A program made the position numbers and the translations under genes. Below, piece after piece: positions 35,901 to 50,257 of a DNA stretch of 64,000 nt; the stretch's first letter is position 1; every line of letters starts with the position of its first letter. The stretch covers positions 176,452,001 through 176,516,000 of the forward strand of contig OZ024741.1 of assembly GCA_964016885.1 (NCBI GenBank), given 5' to 3'. The notes beneath the pieces were generated by a model that saw nothing but the letters and a program-made list of their open reading frames with translations, had not been told where the DNA came from and did no database searches. This stretch comes from Eledone cirrhosa (lineage: Eukaryota).

Positions 35901-38741
35901 TTAAGCGGGCGTTGACGGCGGCTATCGTCAACAACAAGTGGTGGTTTGCTCTGAAAAGAGCAATTAGAATAGAGTCCATTAGGTTTAGTAAGGCTTTAGC
36001 AATAGAGAAAAATAGAGCAGAGGGAGAATTAGTTAGAAAATTAGACGAGGCGCTTTGCAAAGGCATCGCGGCCGACGTACTTGCGGCGAAATTGGCCCTC
36101 GACAAGGCTGCTTTGTCAGAACTAGGGTGCTTGCTCTCAGACACGAGGGGACGAAAGCCGTTCAATGGGCCTGAGTGGCGGAGGCGCGTCTTGGCAACAA
36201 AGCCACGATCCGGTCTTTGGTGGACCGCGACGGGCGCATGCTACTAGATCCCGGGCAAATGTGTGAAGCTTTTCAGCGACACTTCGCTCAACTGTTCGGG
36301 GGCAGTGGCGGGCCGGATCGAGGGATGGACTTTAGTGTCTACATCGACGGACTGCCGCGGCTCTCGGTCACTGAGGCGGAGTGTTGCGAAAAGCCGATAT
36401 CAGCCGCTGAAGACGGGAGGCAATGACTGGCTGCACAAGGGGTAAATCGCCTGGTTTGGATGGTCTGCCCTATGAACTTTACGTACAAATGCCAGACTTG
36501 TTCGGAGGCCTCTTAGCGGGCGTCTACTGCAACTGGCAACAGAACGGGAGAATTCCAGCTCTGTGAGCCGAGGAGCGGTGGCGCTGCTGAGAAAGGATCC
36601 GAACAAGGGGGATAACATAGATAATTTCCGGCCCATAACTCTGCTAAACACAGAGTTCAAGATTTTGGTCAAGGTGCTAGCAAAGAGTTTGGCGCTTGTC
36701 GTTGGTGGTCTGGTGGGAGAGGCGCAGAAATGCGCCATTCCCGACAGATCCATCCACGACAACCTCCACCTCATGCGATACATCGTAGAGAGGGTAGCTA
36801 GGGAACCTTGGACGTGTGGGTCTTTGATAAATTTAGATCAGTCGAAAGCCTTCGGTAGGGTCGACCATCGTTACCTAGCGGCAGTCCTGAGGGCGGCTGG
36901 CTTTGGGCCCGTCTTCAGAGGCTGGATCGCTGCCATGCACAGCGACATCTACTCTGTGGTGAGAGTGAACGGTCACCATTCGGAACCGTTCAACATCATG
37001 CGCTCGGTCCGCCAAGGATGTCCCCTCTCGTCCCTCTTGTACGTATTGACTCTCGAGACATTACTGCACAAACTGGAGACATTGAGGGGGGTCCCGCGCG
37101 AACTAGGATGCGGAAGATCCGTGTCAGCATATGCGGACGATGTCACCGTAGTGGTGTCGAACGCCAAACACATCGAGGCGATCGGCACTACACTAAGAGA
37201 ATACAAAGCGGTGACAGGAGCAATGATCAACCAGGAAAAGTCAGTGGGCCTGCAGCTCGGCACCTGGAGAGGCAGGTCCATGACGTCCAACAGCGTCGTC
37301 GAACGCTGGACGGACCGACCGGTTAAACTGCTAGGGGTCTGGTTCGGTCCGGACCTCCACACGGACACAAACCGGGACGAGGTGACGAGCAGGATGGCTT
37401 CTCTCACCCAGAAATGGGCTGAGAGGAAGCTATCCCTGAAAGGTCGAGCGGAGGTGGCTAACGCGTACATCGCGTCCGTCATCTACTACTGCCTGACCGT
37501 CGTACCTTGTCCTAAGCCCCGCCTGACTGCGCTGGAGCGTTTGCTCTTTCGCTTTTTGTGGAAGGGACGCGCTCCGATGGTCTGGCGGTCCATCTGCTGT
37601 CAACACCCGCTACGTGGAGGGCTGGGCATGACATGGCTGATGATGTGCAGACACGCGCTCAGGCTACAACATCTACACCTCTTCCTCGACGGTGATCAGG
37701 TGTGGTCGCCGTTTGCTAGACACGTTTTTCCCCAGCTCGTCTCCTTGACGGAGCTGCAGTCCTGGGTCAAGCGAAGACCGAGAGGGAGCACTTGGGGACT
37801 GGAATGTCTTCAGGCGCTCACAGCCCTTGACCAATCGGGCAATGTGGTCGGTGGAAACTCCACCTCGGCGTTCTATAGAGGATTAGTGGTGGGGAAGAGT
37901 GACGACGTACTTGGGGAAACTCTAGGCGTCGACGAAAATCAACTAGCCAATCTCTTCGGAAGAACTTTCGGGCCAGGGCCTATGGACAACTTCCAGAAAT
38001 CCCTGGCCTGGCAGTGCTACCGAGGAGCCTTGCCAGTTCGGGATAAACTCTACAGGCATGTAGGTGCCGTCAGCCGGGCATGTCCGAGATGCGCACAGGG
38101 CGACGAAACCGTCCTGCACGCACTCGTCCAGTGTCCGAGCATTGCTGACTTGTGGGTTTATGTCGAACACCTGCAGTCACGTGTAGGACGGATCCAGCTA
38201 TCAGCTGAGTCCATCGTGAGGATTGCCCCGCCCTCTTCCTTTAGCCGGGAAGGGCAGGCAGTTTTTATCTGTCTGGTGGCCATGGCGAAAGAGATAGTAT
38301 GGTGGACACGTTTGAAAGGGCTGAAGACGAGCACTTACCTCTTCGGTGATGCCCTGATTAACTTTTTCAAATTTCATTTGAAAAGGAAAATCAGGGTAGA
38401 GAGGGAAGTGCTCTCTTCCCAGCATTTTGTTGAAAGATGGGTGAGAGAAGCAAGTATGGCCCGAATGAATGGGCCTTCTCTGAGTATGTGTCTGTAAATT
38501 AAAGGTGGAAAACTGGGAGAGGGCACTTGCCCTGGTGGTCAGGGCCACTGTGGTCTTTTAATGGGCTTTCTCCACAAATGTCCCTTGGAAGTCTCCCCCC
38601 TATTGGGGAATTTTTCTTTGTTATTTTATTTCAACCTCTGTTTTTTTACACGCAGAAATGCCCATTTGTACCGTCCTGAATTGTCCTGTACTGTCCTTAA
38701 TGTCTACTTTATGTGAACCCTTGTGGTTAATAAAGAAAACA
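32966..38741 (+). mobile_element. Tx1/L1-clade LINE, full-length copy 2, degenerate
   Basis: Broken ORF1 (RGQKYGTVDLFF; CVVCGEGTHLRAFC ~34170) and broken ORF2 35132-38497; AATAAA and (ATT)n tail. Confidence 0.95.
35132..38497 (+). pseudogene. Tx1-like ORF2 with several frameshifts and stops
   Basis: SINARGL/ISETR, VGDWN, SYLDRVF/TDH, and a 644-aa RT-zf segment with NFRPITLLN, RQGCPLS, YADD and CPRC..H..C. Confidence 0.93.
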
Positions 38742-38770
38742 TTATTATTATTATTATTATTGTTGTTATT

Positions 38771-41700
38771 CCTTGAATCTCAGTCATTGATGTTGGTTAA
38801 CTGGAAAGTCCGTTGGATTGAATATCAAGCCACTACCTGCAGCCTCAGATATTCAGGACGTATCGGAGGGTTCTTGCTGTTCCAAGCAAGCATGCCTTTT
38901 GAAGCGTTCCAAAAAGCGTGAAGGGGCCACTTTTCTTTAACCAGCCCTGGAAACTTTTGGAGATAGTCCCCAGTGCGCCTATGACAATCGGGATCACTTT
39001 GACTTCATGGCAGTTCAAAATCCGTTTTACCTCCCACTTTAGGTCCTGGTATCGGTTAATTTTCTCCCTCTCCTTCTCTTGCACTCTCGTGTCGAACGGG
39101 CAGGACACATCCACAATCAGACACGATCTTTTTTCTTTGTCCACAACCACCAGGTCAGGTCTATTGTGTTCCAGTTTTTTGTCCGTCTGTATCCTAAAAT
39201 CCCACAGCACCTTCACCTGACTGTTCTCCATCACCGCCTCTGGCCTATGCTCATACCATTTCTCAGAATGTGGTAAATTGTTTACTTTGCACAGGTGCCA
39301 GTGGATCACCCTGCCCATCACATCGTGTCTCCAGCCCTTATAGTGGGTCTGGGCTAGGTGTTTACACTCGGACACAATGTGAGCCACAGTCTCCTCTCTC
39401 TCTCCACAGATCCTGCACAGTGGGCTAGCCTCTCCCTTGTAGATATGGTGCTTCAACCACTTCGTTTTGAGGGCCTGCTCCTGCGCAGCCATTAGCATTC
39501 CTTCTGTAGCCTTTTTGAGGTCTCCTCTTCTCAACCAGTTCCATGTCTGTGGATCTCTAAATTCAGTTTTCTCAAAGAAGGTACTATGAAGGGATTTTCC
39601 CTTAAGGCTGCTCTTCCTCCTTGATGTTATTTCCTCCTTGGACATCCCCTGGCCTACTGTCCCCTCCTTCAGTACAGTTCTGAGCATTGGCTCCTTACTA
39701 TAGGTCACGTATTTGTATAGGTTGTTTTTCTCCATCTGAACACAGTCCTCTATGCTGATAAGACCTCTTCCACCCTCAGATCTCCTTAGGTAGAGTCTAT
39801 CGACATCACTCCTCTTGTGGAACATGTTGTAGATAGTCAATAGCTTCCTAGTCTTCCTATCCATTTCTTTTTGTTCAGCAACATTCCATCTCAGAATTCC
39901 CGCACTGTACCTAATAATAGACACAGCTCGGGAATTTACTGCGCTTATGGTATTTCTGCTGTTCAGATGTGACTTCAATACGCTCCTTACTCTCCGAATG
40001 TATTCAGTTCTTAACAATTCCTTCATTTTTTTGTTCTTTATGCCATCAGCCTCCAGAACGCCCAAATACTTGTATCCTTCCTCAGAGTCAATTTCCTTTA
40101 TCATCTCACCTGTTGGTATCTGGATCCCGTTACTTCTGCTCAACCTACCCCTCTTCATCACAATGACTCCACATTTACCAATACGAAACTGCATACATAT
40201 ATCACTGCTGAAAATACGGACAGTGTCAACAAGCACATCCAACTCCTTCTCACTTTTCCCGAAGAGCTTAAGATCGTCCATGAAGAGGAGGTGATTGATG
40301 GTAAGCTCTCCCCTTCCCAGCTTGTATCCTGCTCTCACTTTTCGCAGCATAATGGTCAAGGGCATCAGGGCAAGGACAAACAACAGAGGGGACAGGCTAT
40401 CTCCCTGGAATATACCTCTCTTGATCTTCACGTTTCCCAAGGATACTCTAGTTGATGTCAACTCTGTCTCCCAGGACCCCATACTCCTGCCTAGCAACTG
40501 TCTGATGTTATCCGCCACCCTGAAGATCTCCAGGCTTTTGGTGATCCAGGAATGAGGCACCATGTCAAATGCCTTTCTGTAGTCTATCCATCCCATGGCA
40601 AGATCAGTGTGTCTCCTCCTGCAATTCCCCATTACCATCTTATCAATAAGCAACTGGTCCTTTGTACCACGTGACTTCTTTCGGCATCCTTTCTGTTCGT
40701 CCGGTAACAAGTTGTTTGTGTGGAGGTGATGGTAGATTTCCTCAGACACAATGCTCGTCAACAGTTTCCACATTACGGACAGACATGTGATAGGTCTATA
40801 GTTGGTAACATCATTACCCTTGATTCGGTCTTTCATTATCAGAACTGTGGTACCTTTTGTCAACCACTCTGGCACCTCACCCGACACCAAGCAGTCATTG
40901 AACATGGCCGTCAGCTTCGGGTGGAGGGATGTTAAATGTTTAATCCAATACCCCTGCACACCATCTGGGCCTGGTGATTTCCAGTTGGTTAGTTTTTTGG
41001 CCTGCCCCTTAAGAGTTTCAACTGTGATACTCAAATCAGTTTGTTGTTGTGCCTGCTCACCGATCTCCCTCTGTACTGTCTCAATCCACCCTGCCTGGGC
41101 ATTGTGTCTAACATCCTGCTCCCATATTCCTCTCCAGAATGTTTTAGTTTGCTCCGCCCCAGGGATCAAGTCGTTGCCTCTTTCTTTCCCCTCAAGCTGT
41201 CCAAACAGCATCTTCTGGTTGTTGTCGAACATGCGGTTCTGTTTATACTGACTGACTCTGTTCTCGTATCGCCTGATTTTTGCACTCTTTGCTACAATGC
41301 GTTGCTTCAGTTCCTCTATGATAATATTTAGCTTTTTCCTCCTAGTTTTGTATTTTATTTCCAGTCTATTTTTAGTGCCTATGTTTTTTAGTGTCCCATT
41401 CAGTAGTGACTCAAGCTTTCCTATGTCATTTCTCATTTCCCCGATTTGCCCACTTAGTCGCTTCTTCCACCACGGCTCTGCTCTTTCTTGTCTGTTGTTT
41501 CCTCTCGCTTTTATACCAAGTAGTTTCCTCACCGTATTTGCTGTTGCTTTGAGGATATTGTTGCACTGGTGAAGGCTCCTCGCCTCAAGGTATGGGATGA
41601 CTTTGTTTACCTTAGCTGTTGTTTCTTTTAACTTTTTCCTGTCTACAAATCTTAGGTTCATAGGTCTCCCACTATCATTGTTCAATTCATCTACCACTAA

Positions 41701-42450
41701 ATTTAGGATGTCAACCGAATCTTGTCCTAGCCCGTCAGCATTCATCTCCTCAGTGCCGTATCTCTGTTCCAGGTATTATTTATCTCAGTATTCAGATCAT
41801 TGTCTGCTTCGGCTGGTTCCTCCGTTCTCAGGACCTCTTCACCTTCATTTCCCACTGGCTCGCTTGTCTGGCATACTACACCCGCCATCTCCAAGCCATT
41901 CTCTCTGCTCAGTTCCTCCAGTTCCAGCTCGCTTATCCATCCATTAGTTCTTATTACCCGGGCCTGCCCGGCCAATTTTTGTTCATCTAATTTAAATAAA
42001 CCAATCTCGTTCCAGATGTTATGCATCCGTCTCCTGTAGCCCCTCTCCTTTGGGGTTACTTTTCAGGTAACATTGCATAACAGTTCTATTCAATTCTTTC
42101 GTCCAGTTGGTTCTGGCCCCTTTCCTTCTTCTCCTTCCTCCAACATCAGCAGTATTTGGTTGACAGTCAGGTTCCTGCTGCTGAGCCAGGGGGCACCTGT
42201 TGGGTGAGAGTCTGTCTCCATTTCACCGTTATTCGAACTGTTTATGTTCGATATTTAAACACTCTTATCGAGGATTGGCGAATGTATGGTTACATATCCA
42301 TCTGTGGATCCGCCATTCCCCTTGGCCCTTGTGTGGCATTATCACCACGCTGTATACGAACACACATAAACAAACAAACACACAGGCAGAAAGGGCCCCA
42401 AAAATGAATAAGCATAAGTTTCATTGTAATGTAGTGTTCGAATGTCTGAC
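38771..42450 (-). mobile_element. R4/Dong-clade LINE copy 3, near full length (5' region may extend to 43290)
   Basis: 966-aa RT-RLE ORF plus upstream frameshifted N-terminal pieces; 3'UTR shared with copy 2; (TAA)n tail. Confidence 0.93.
38845..42221 (-). pseudogene. RT / RLE polyprotein: 966-aa open segment plus N-terminus split by two apparent 1-bp frameshifts (~41773, ~42050)
   Basis: NYRPITCL, WIDYRKAFD, GIFQGDSLSPLLF, LFMDD, CRICGEREETVAHIVSEC, RHD, NRPDLV and KINRYQDL. Upstream pieces NWTKELNRTVMQCY and MHNIW..EQKLAGQARVI. Confidence 0.9.
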
Positions 42451-42859
42451 TTAGTTTTTGTTTTTTAAGTTTTAGTTTTTCCCCCCTCTTCTCTGTCCGT
42501 CCGCCTGCTTCTCTCTTCATTCTTATTTTCTTTACGTTTTTGGGGTTTCTTTTTTTGTTTTTGTTTTTCTCTGTTTGTTTTTCTCGTTTTTGCTGTTGTT
42601 GCTGTGCTGCTTTGGTTTTGTTGTTTGTTTTTTCTTTTTTCTTTTGAGTCTATCTATATATTTTGATGCCTTCCTCTTTGTTAGTAGTAGGAATTCTATA
42701 ATGTGGAAGTAGCAGCCAGCAGGGAGAAGTGGGAGACTGGCGGCGGTAGCGATACTGAGACAGTGGTGGTGGTGATGTCGATACCGAGGCAGTGGTGGCG
42801 GTGATGTGACCGTATTACTGTAGTGATGGTGCTGTAGCGGTGGCAGCAGTGAAGGAGTG

Positions 42860-43290
42860 AAGGGGTGGTGGCGGCGGTGATGGGATAATGGTGGTAATGA
42901 TGGCCGTAGTGAACGGTTGAAAATGCCGTTATCTGGCTGTTGTGTTTAGTGTACACAGATGATGGGGTGGGTGGTGTATCTAGTTTCTGGTGTTGGTGAG
43001 TTTGGCTGTCCTATATAGTGTAGACAGAGGAGAGGAGGGGGGGTTCTTCTTCCATTTATAGCCATTTTCTTTTTTGGATATACAGTGTACAATACAAAGT
43101 TGAATATTTGAATATTTGAGCCTTATAACAATATATTTGGGGTCCGAATTTTTTGGGGCTCAAGCCGGGTGCTTTACGTAGCATTTGTACTAAGAGTTGT
43201 TATTTCACAAATGATTTAAATATGTTAAAAATTCAAAACTTACGGGAGCGATTTCATGACCTCCGTCACCTCGTGCGTCTTCTTCCCTTA
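42860..43290 (-). promoter_or_regulatory. 5' leader module homologous to 23700-24250
   Basis: Same blocks as listed for 23700-24250; ends at the (TTA)n tract 43300-43393. Confidence 0.6.
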
Positions 43291-43296
43291 TATATA

Positions 43297-43391
<95 letters not shown>

Positions 43392-44599
43392 TTAATGGGA
43401 TTATTATTAATAATAACACCATTAATATGTTCTTTTGTTGGTTGTTCTTGTTTTCAGTATTTGATCTATTATATATAATTCATTTTATTGCTGTCTGCAA
43501 TCAACACCATCGCCATCATCACTATCAGCTTCATGATCATCAACATGATTATCACCATCTTAATATCCACCATCAAAATACTATCAGTAGATATTATCTT
43601 AACAACTCTCACCAACATCATCATCGCGACCATCATTATAACCTCAATCATTATCATCGTCATCCTCTAGCATTCCCTTCCGTCAGTAACTGTACATTTT
43701 TGACTCTGTGGTCACTGCAATGACAAAACACATTTCTAAACAGATTTGGCAAAATATCACATTGGTATCCGGCTGCTAAACAATCTGTTTATCCTCCCAC
43801 ACCTATCAATATTCTTCAAAATTAATATACTCCCCCTTCTACATATCATCACCGTATTTCTTACCAACTCTTTCCTACTCCATATTTACCAATCTATCGT
43901 TTTTTATACTCCGCTTGTTACTCCTCTCACGATCTCCTCTTCCATTGTTAAGTGGTGCCCTTCTCAAAGTGTTGGATTCAACCATTAAATCTACCACAAT
44001 TATTAGCCCTACTACCAGTTGTTGTTATAACCCTTAATGAACTTTCATCTCTAAAACATATATGTAATTTAGCTCGATCAATTAATTAATTAAATAAATA
44101 ATCAATTAGTTCGAGCTTTATAAAATGATAAGTGTGAAGAGGAAATAGATATGAATTGACCTAATTTTACTTCAATGTCGCGACTGCAGTTTCGCCAACT
44201 GGTGTGCAGCTAAGGTGCAATTATAGCTCTGAGGCTAACGGATTTTTAAGAGAACCCTCGCAATAAGAAGAAATCCTCGAAGTCAACGTGGCCAGTGAAA
44301 TTTTTTAAAAAGAAATGTATCACGTGGTTTGTGGTTATCCAAAGTGCGAGTAAATGGTGGACGATTGGCGAATAACAGAATTACTAGAAGAAGCAGTTTA
44401 TTTCAGACTATTTCATACATATATATATATATATATATACTGTATATATATATATATATATATACATATATATATACATATATATACATATATATATACA
44501 TAAGTATATAAATATATATAGCACTGGCGACAATCTGTTTGAGGAAATTTTCTTAGTTTCAGGGGTCTCTTGAAAATATGTTATATTATGGTGCGCTCT

Positions 44600-46170
44600 A
44601 CCTCTACGAAACAAAGGAATTGGGAGAGCTTCGTTAATCCTTCTCTACCGTATCCTGCCCTATAACTCCACTAGCCAATGCCAACAACAATATCCGCCAA
44701 CATACAACATCTCGTCACCTCTTCACTCCTACGCCACCACCAACAACCTCAACATCCGCACACCACCCACCTCCACTCACTACTTTCTCCATAAAATCCT
44801 CAAACCAGACATATCCGTCCACTCCTCCGTATCCGTTTACAAATCCATCAACATACCCCTAGTAGCCGCCACACTCCCATTTATCTGACACTAACGACGT
44901 TCTCTACTTCATCTTTCCAACAGCCTAACTCCTCTCCTTTTCACGCTCGATGCAAATCACTCTACACGGTCATCCCCTATGACGATGTCATACATGCTCC
45001 CCCACAATTCTTCGAATACCGCCACTCCTTTCAATACTAGGCATCCACCTTAATTCGTCTTCGTCACTCTCAAATGCCTTTCCTTATCGGGTGAGTTCTA
45101 CTAACACGTGACTGCGGTTGCCATAGGCAAAAATGGGCCCTAAACACGGCAACCTATTGTCATCACCGTTAAGGCTCAAATATTTGCCCAATACACTAGC
45201 TGTATCCCCGAACTATACGGCTATTATACAGACGACTATTTCGACGCTCCCTCACTCAAACGAGGCCCACCTTGACTACGTTCTCTCTTTTCTTGCCTCA
45301 TTCCATTTCGCTCACGATTTCACTACTTCCATCTCTTCCACATCCGTTCACTTTCTAGGCAGCTCCATTTGCATTGAGCTCTTCCAATGTTTCCTCATCA
45401 TACCCGCCTTCTTCAACAACACCGTCTCTCACACATACGTTGATTTAACCTTCTCCCAACCCCTGAATCCAAACACTCCATCCCCTACTCTAAAGTTCTC
45501 TGTCTCAGCCACCTATGCAATCTAACGCATAACATTGAGGCAGAGGCCAATTACATGGCTACAAAATTCCCTCGGTGAAGTTAAGTCCCTCCCTGGTTCA
45601 AGCCGCCCACATTCGTGGACTTCGCCCTCACCGACACACCCTCGGCCTCACACTACGTGACTCCCATTCCTTCTTATCTATCAACCTTTCTTTTTGCCCC
45701 TCCAGAGAACGATTCTCCGGCTCTTCTACCACCTTCACCTCCACCATCGTCTCATGTTCACCTCTCCCCCTTAAGGGCGCACCCAACTCCGAAAATCTCC
45801 TCGTCCGCAGCTCTCTAACTTCAACAAATCTTTCCTCCGACCCCACTCTTGCGTGCCAACACCGCTGCCAACCATGCACCTACATCCCCACCCAAGGTGA
45901 GCCCAACCACCAATCCTTCCAAGTCAGGGACTACTTCCGTAGCACATTATGCGATTTCGTCTACATTCGATAAACCGGTCGTCGACTAGTACATAGATTT
46001 GTGGAGGAACTTCATAACATCTATCTCGGCAACCAATCTCCGGTTGCTCCACATTACCGCTCCACGAGACAATTCACCCACCATCTACAGCAGAGCAGCA
46101 GACTATTCTTTTTTTCTCAATCCAACCAAGGAGAGGGAACGGACATAACACCTCACTAACTTCTAATTTA
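44600..46170 (+). mobile_element. Penelope-like element (RT + GIY-YIG), decayed
   Basis: YFLHKILKP (~44780), TLDA/SLYTVIP (~44945-44980), AVAIG/KMGPKHGN (~45115-45155), YTDD, SISSTSVHFL, IPYSKVL (~IPYSQFL), CQHRCQPC, and YIR*TGRRLVHRFVEE (GIY-YIG, ~45960-46010). Confidence 0.8.
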
Positions 46171-46884
46171 AACTTTCCTAGCAACCACCTTCCACCCACT
46201 CTCACACACACTAACACATGTGCTCTACTACTTCACCAATGCACTTACTCACACGCACCCACATATATATTAACACACATAGATATGAAACATACACATA
46301 CACCAACACAACTAAATAATTGATTACACCTGTACGACCACGGTACACGTTTATTCCTACTAACGTTTCTAATTAAATAATCAATTATAATTACAGATCA
46401 CTCTCACACCTACACACATGCACTATACAGGGACACACCATCACAATCATAGATAAATAAACATAGATAAATATACATAGTTCCTAACGCTATCAATTAA
46501 CTAACTAACACACCCGAACTTACTACACGTCCCACCAAAATATTCACACTGCACTTCTTTACTATGAATACATACACACACGTGCGCGCGTGCGTACAAA
46601 CTCTGCCACCATGCAACTTCCGTTTTACGGGCGCCACACACAACCTCCTCACTGCTCACTTCCTGAAATAACCTCACTCCGGCCACAACATGCTCGACTG
46701 ACCAGGACCATTACGAGAACTGCATTCACTTACATAGACCAACTATCAAATAGAAAAATCTCGACGGCAAACGCTCTCCTATTTCCTCTTAACCCGTGGT
46801 AAAACTTTGTGCTTTTGCGTCTTTGTTTTTGCCTTTTGATTTCTTGAACATATATAGTTCAAGTAATGAGAATACCCCCACCCC

Positions 46885-46951
<67 letters not shown>

Positions 46952-47122
46952 GATATATATAATATAATAAGTTTAAATCTCTACATATACAATGTACACC
47001 GATTAAGTTACTCAACGAAGGAAGCACAGTGAACATAAGTACAGAGCATAAGTTATACAGATTCAAACGATATACAAACAGTCTCTTACATATACCTAGT
47101 TGAGAAACAACTAGTATCATGT

Positions 47123-47317
47123 AGTGCTTAAGTTCACTACATATATCGCACACTATACATTAACTAGTTATCTGCCAAAGTTACACGATCGAATAAAAGC
47201 AAGAGGATTCTAAAATAACATGTCTCTGAAGGTAGATGTGGTTTTATTCGATCGTCTCACTTAGGTAGTTAAATAGTTAATGTAGAGTGTGAGATATATT
47301 TAGTAAACTTAAGCACT
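47123..47317. repeat. Long imperfect inverted repeat (76-bp arms, 43-nt loop)
   Basis: 47123-47198 vs the reverse complement of 47242-47317: ungapped, 10 mismatches. Confidence 0.85.
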
Positions 47318-47551
47318 TATAGGAGAAGTTTGGATAATGTTTGTTAATAAGAACGATGATTGGTTATTGAACCCAATTGTATTTTCGAAATCAACATAAA
47401 ATGGCCATAAATGAACATTAGACATCTTGAGTTGATTCTTTCTATGAGTGAGTTAATTTATTACCATATTATATGTACATGATATTAGTTGTTTCTCAAC
47501 TACATACATACATTCATACATACATACATAGTTACATATAAACATACATAT

Positions 47552-47627
<76 letters not shown>

Positions 47628-47768
47628 GTACGTGTGAATTAGGATACGGTGGCGATTTGGAGATATTGAGAATAGTAAAAGAACATATCGTATATTGACT
47701 ATAGAAAATAGTCTATTATTAGGGCATATGTACCCCACTAGCTGACAAATGTCCACATACATACATAT

Positions 47769-47865
<97 letters not shown>

Positions 47866-48399
47866 TATATAATTTCAGAGAGATCATTTTGATCTGAACC
47901 TGCCAACTTCAGGAAAAGTCTTATATGAAAAAAGTATATATACTGGCTATGATGATGATATGTATGATAATGATGGTGACGATCAATCAAATTGTCTCCC
48001 TCAATAGATAATTAATCTCAGAAGATCAAAGGAAAGTGCCTTAAGAAGATGATGTCGTAGTTTGCCAAACCGCCATGAAATCATCATATCAATATTACAT
48101 TAGAAGTGCTATTTAACCCATTAAGAACATTTTCTCACCCTTTCTGTCTATTCATCTCATTCTCTCACTCTCTCCCCCCAGCCTCTCTCTTTGTTATTCA
48201 TTTTTTATGTGTCTCTCTCTGTCTCTCTCTACTATTCACTTTTTATTCATCACCACTGATTGTTTCTTTTTACTTCATTAACTATATATAATGTTGTTAT
48301 TCTTCTTCATGTTAATTATTTTATTTATTTCAATATCGATATTATTGGTGGAGTTTTTGTTCTGAGTTCTTCCTATTTCTATGTTAGAGCATAATAAAC

Positions 48400-49500
48400 A
48401 TTTACAGCTGTCTGAGATTTTAAATTACCAATTTAAAAGTGAAGTAAATTAATATTAAATATTGAATGACTTAGTAGATATCGTTAGAACGGAAGGATAC
48501 AACGATCCTTTTGTTCACTTGTGAAAAACAACCGTTTTCATCTCTGTCTGGATATTGAGGTAATTAGCATGCGAGGAGCTACTTATTAGGAAATTATGTT
48601 TTCTGACGTTTACAAATTTCAATTTTATTTTCTGCTTTTCAAATGTAAAATGGAAATCAAATCATTACAATTATTATTTGGCAGAACTGATAGAGCAGCA
48701 GAAAAAATACATCGCAGAATTAATTCAGGTTGTTTACTTTCTGAATTCAACAACCTTATATGTTCACGTTCTTCAGTTGTGAATATAAGCTGTGTCATTA
48801 TAGATTTTTTGTTTTGTATTGTTTCGTTTTGTTTCTTATCGAAAGTGTTCTATCTTGCAAGAATTAAATTCAAATCATTCGTTCCTCAGGTATTGCGACA
48901 CATTACATATTTCTTCCCTGTTCGATTGTCTCAATTATTGCCAAACGTTCATAAGGACTGGCTGACGATTTGTTTTCTAGTACAAACAATTTCATTTCAC
49001 GTTACTCCAGTTCACTCAGCTGAAATAAATAAGTAGGACAGGCCCTGTGATGGACGTCCATTTAAGGCTATTGACATCAAGATAAAGCTCCGATCTGGTG
49101 AGCTTCTAGGCTTGTGGTAGTCTTAAAGAAGGATGTTTTCGTTCCGCTATTTGCTTACCTGTTTGCTTTTAATAGTTTTCTCAGCATAATGGTTTGTCAT
49201 TTCATTCTGGGTATGTTTTATTGGACACTATTCTTTGTTTGTATATTGTAACTATTTCTGATAGTTTCTGATAGTTTCCAAAGGTTCTGAATAGATAATT
49301 GATAAATCCTACAAGGAATATTTCATAATAGTTTTATAAGGCATCTTATTGTCTGTTTCGGTACTAAACGTAATATTTCTTTTTAAGATTTTGTGTGGTC
49401 TTATCTAATTCTAAATACAGCAATTAGTTATACTGCTTTTTGTCTTCTAGATGTGTTAATTTGTCTTCTAGAATATGCTTTTTTTAAACATATTTACAAT
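48400..49500 (-). mobile_element. Possible decayed Penelope-like RT remnant, interrupted by a second SINE family fragment (~48960-49035)
   Basis: Minus-strand DFHFTFEKQKIKLKFVNV (~IxFTxExE...LxFLDV) followed by SHANYLN; SINE-like TTCATTTCACGTTACTCCAGTTCACTCAGCTG. Confidence 0.35.
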
Positions 49501-50257
49501 TCATTTCGGTTTTATATAAATTTCTTTTTTCTATCCTACGTGTTTGTAACCAGTACGCATAATTATTTACGTTTGTATTCTGAATGCACCAGTAGTGATG
49601 CATTGTGTTCTGAAGTCAAATCCTGCTGAGGACAGATTTGCATACAGCTTGCAAGGTTTTAAAAAAATGTTCATCTAGTTGCCTTAATATAATCGACTGC
49701 TCGTCATAATCCACATCTCTAACATTGTACTTGTGTAAGAAAAAAGTATTGTTTCTGGTATGAAAATATGCTGTTTTTCTAGCCATAGGGCCAACATATA
49801 TGGTCATTAGATGCGATACGATTGAGCTCCTTCTGGACGAGTAAGTAACCCTGGACCCACAGTGATAAACTACTAGGGAAGGTGAGGCAATTGGTGACAA
49901 TTTAGCTCCCAAGAAAACTCTTACAGCCCAGTGATGTATCTACGAAGAAGCGAGTAAAGGCCGCCTCTAGAAAATCTAGTCTACGCGGGTCTGAGAAAAG
50001 TATGAGATTGGTGACTGCACTATAATTAGCGGGAGTAAAAAGCATCATACCGCATCATCATTCGTGTGGATGGTTCTGACTAAGGTTTTTCCGTTTGATG
50101 TCGACCTCGACATATTGTCATATTCATTCACTATGTGTCACATCTGACAACCTTTCTCTACCTACATGACCGATGCTGCTTGTTGATGTAGGCTCGTTAG
50201 TGACACACACCGATTGGAAACTTGCTATTAGTGTCGACTTTCCCAGTTCACCTTTTA

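Noticed and set aside
24296-43290. Tandem duplication of a composite Tx1+R4 unit
   Set aside because: Tx1 ORF1s and UTRs are too different, and R4 copy 2 has its own 5' truncation junction; independent insertions fit better.
44175-44260. Minus-strand GAAAC-TGCA-GTC hammerhead tail
   Set aside because: No CUGANGA core or stem I upstream.
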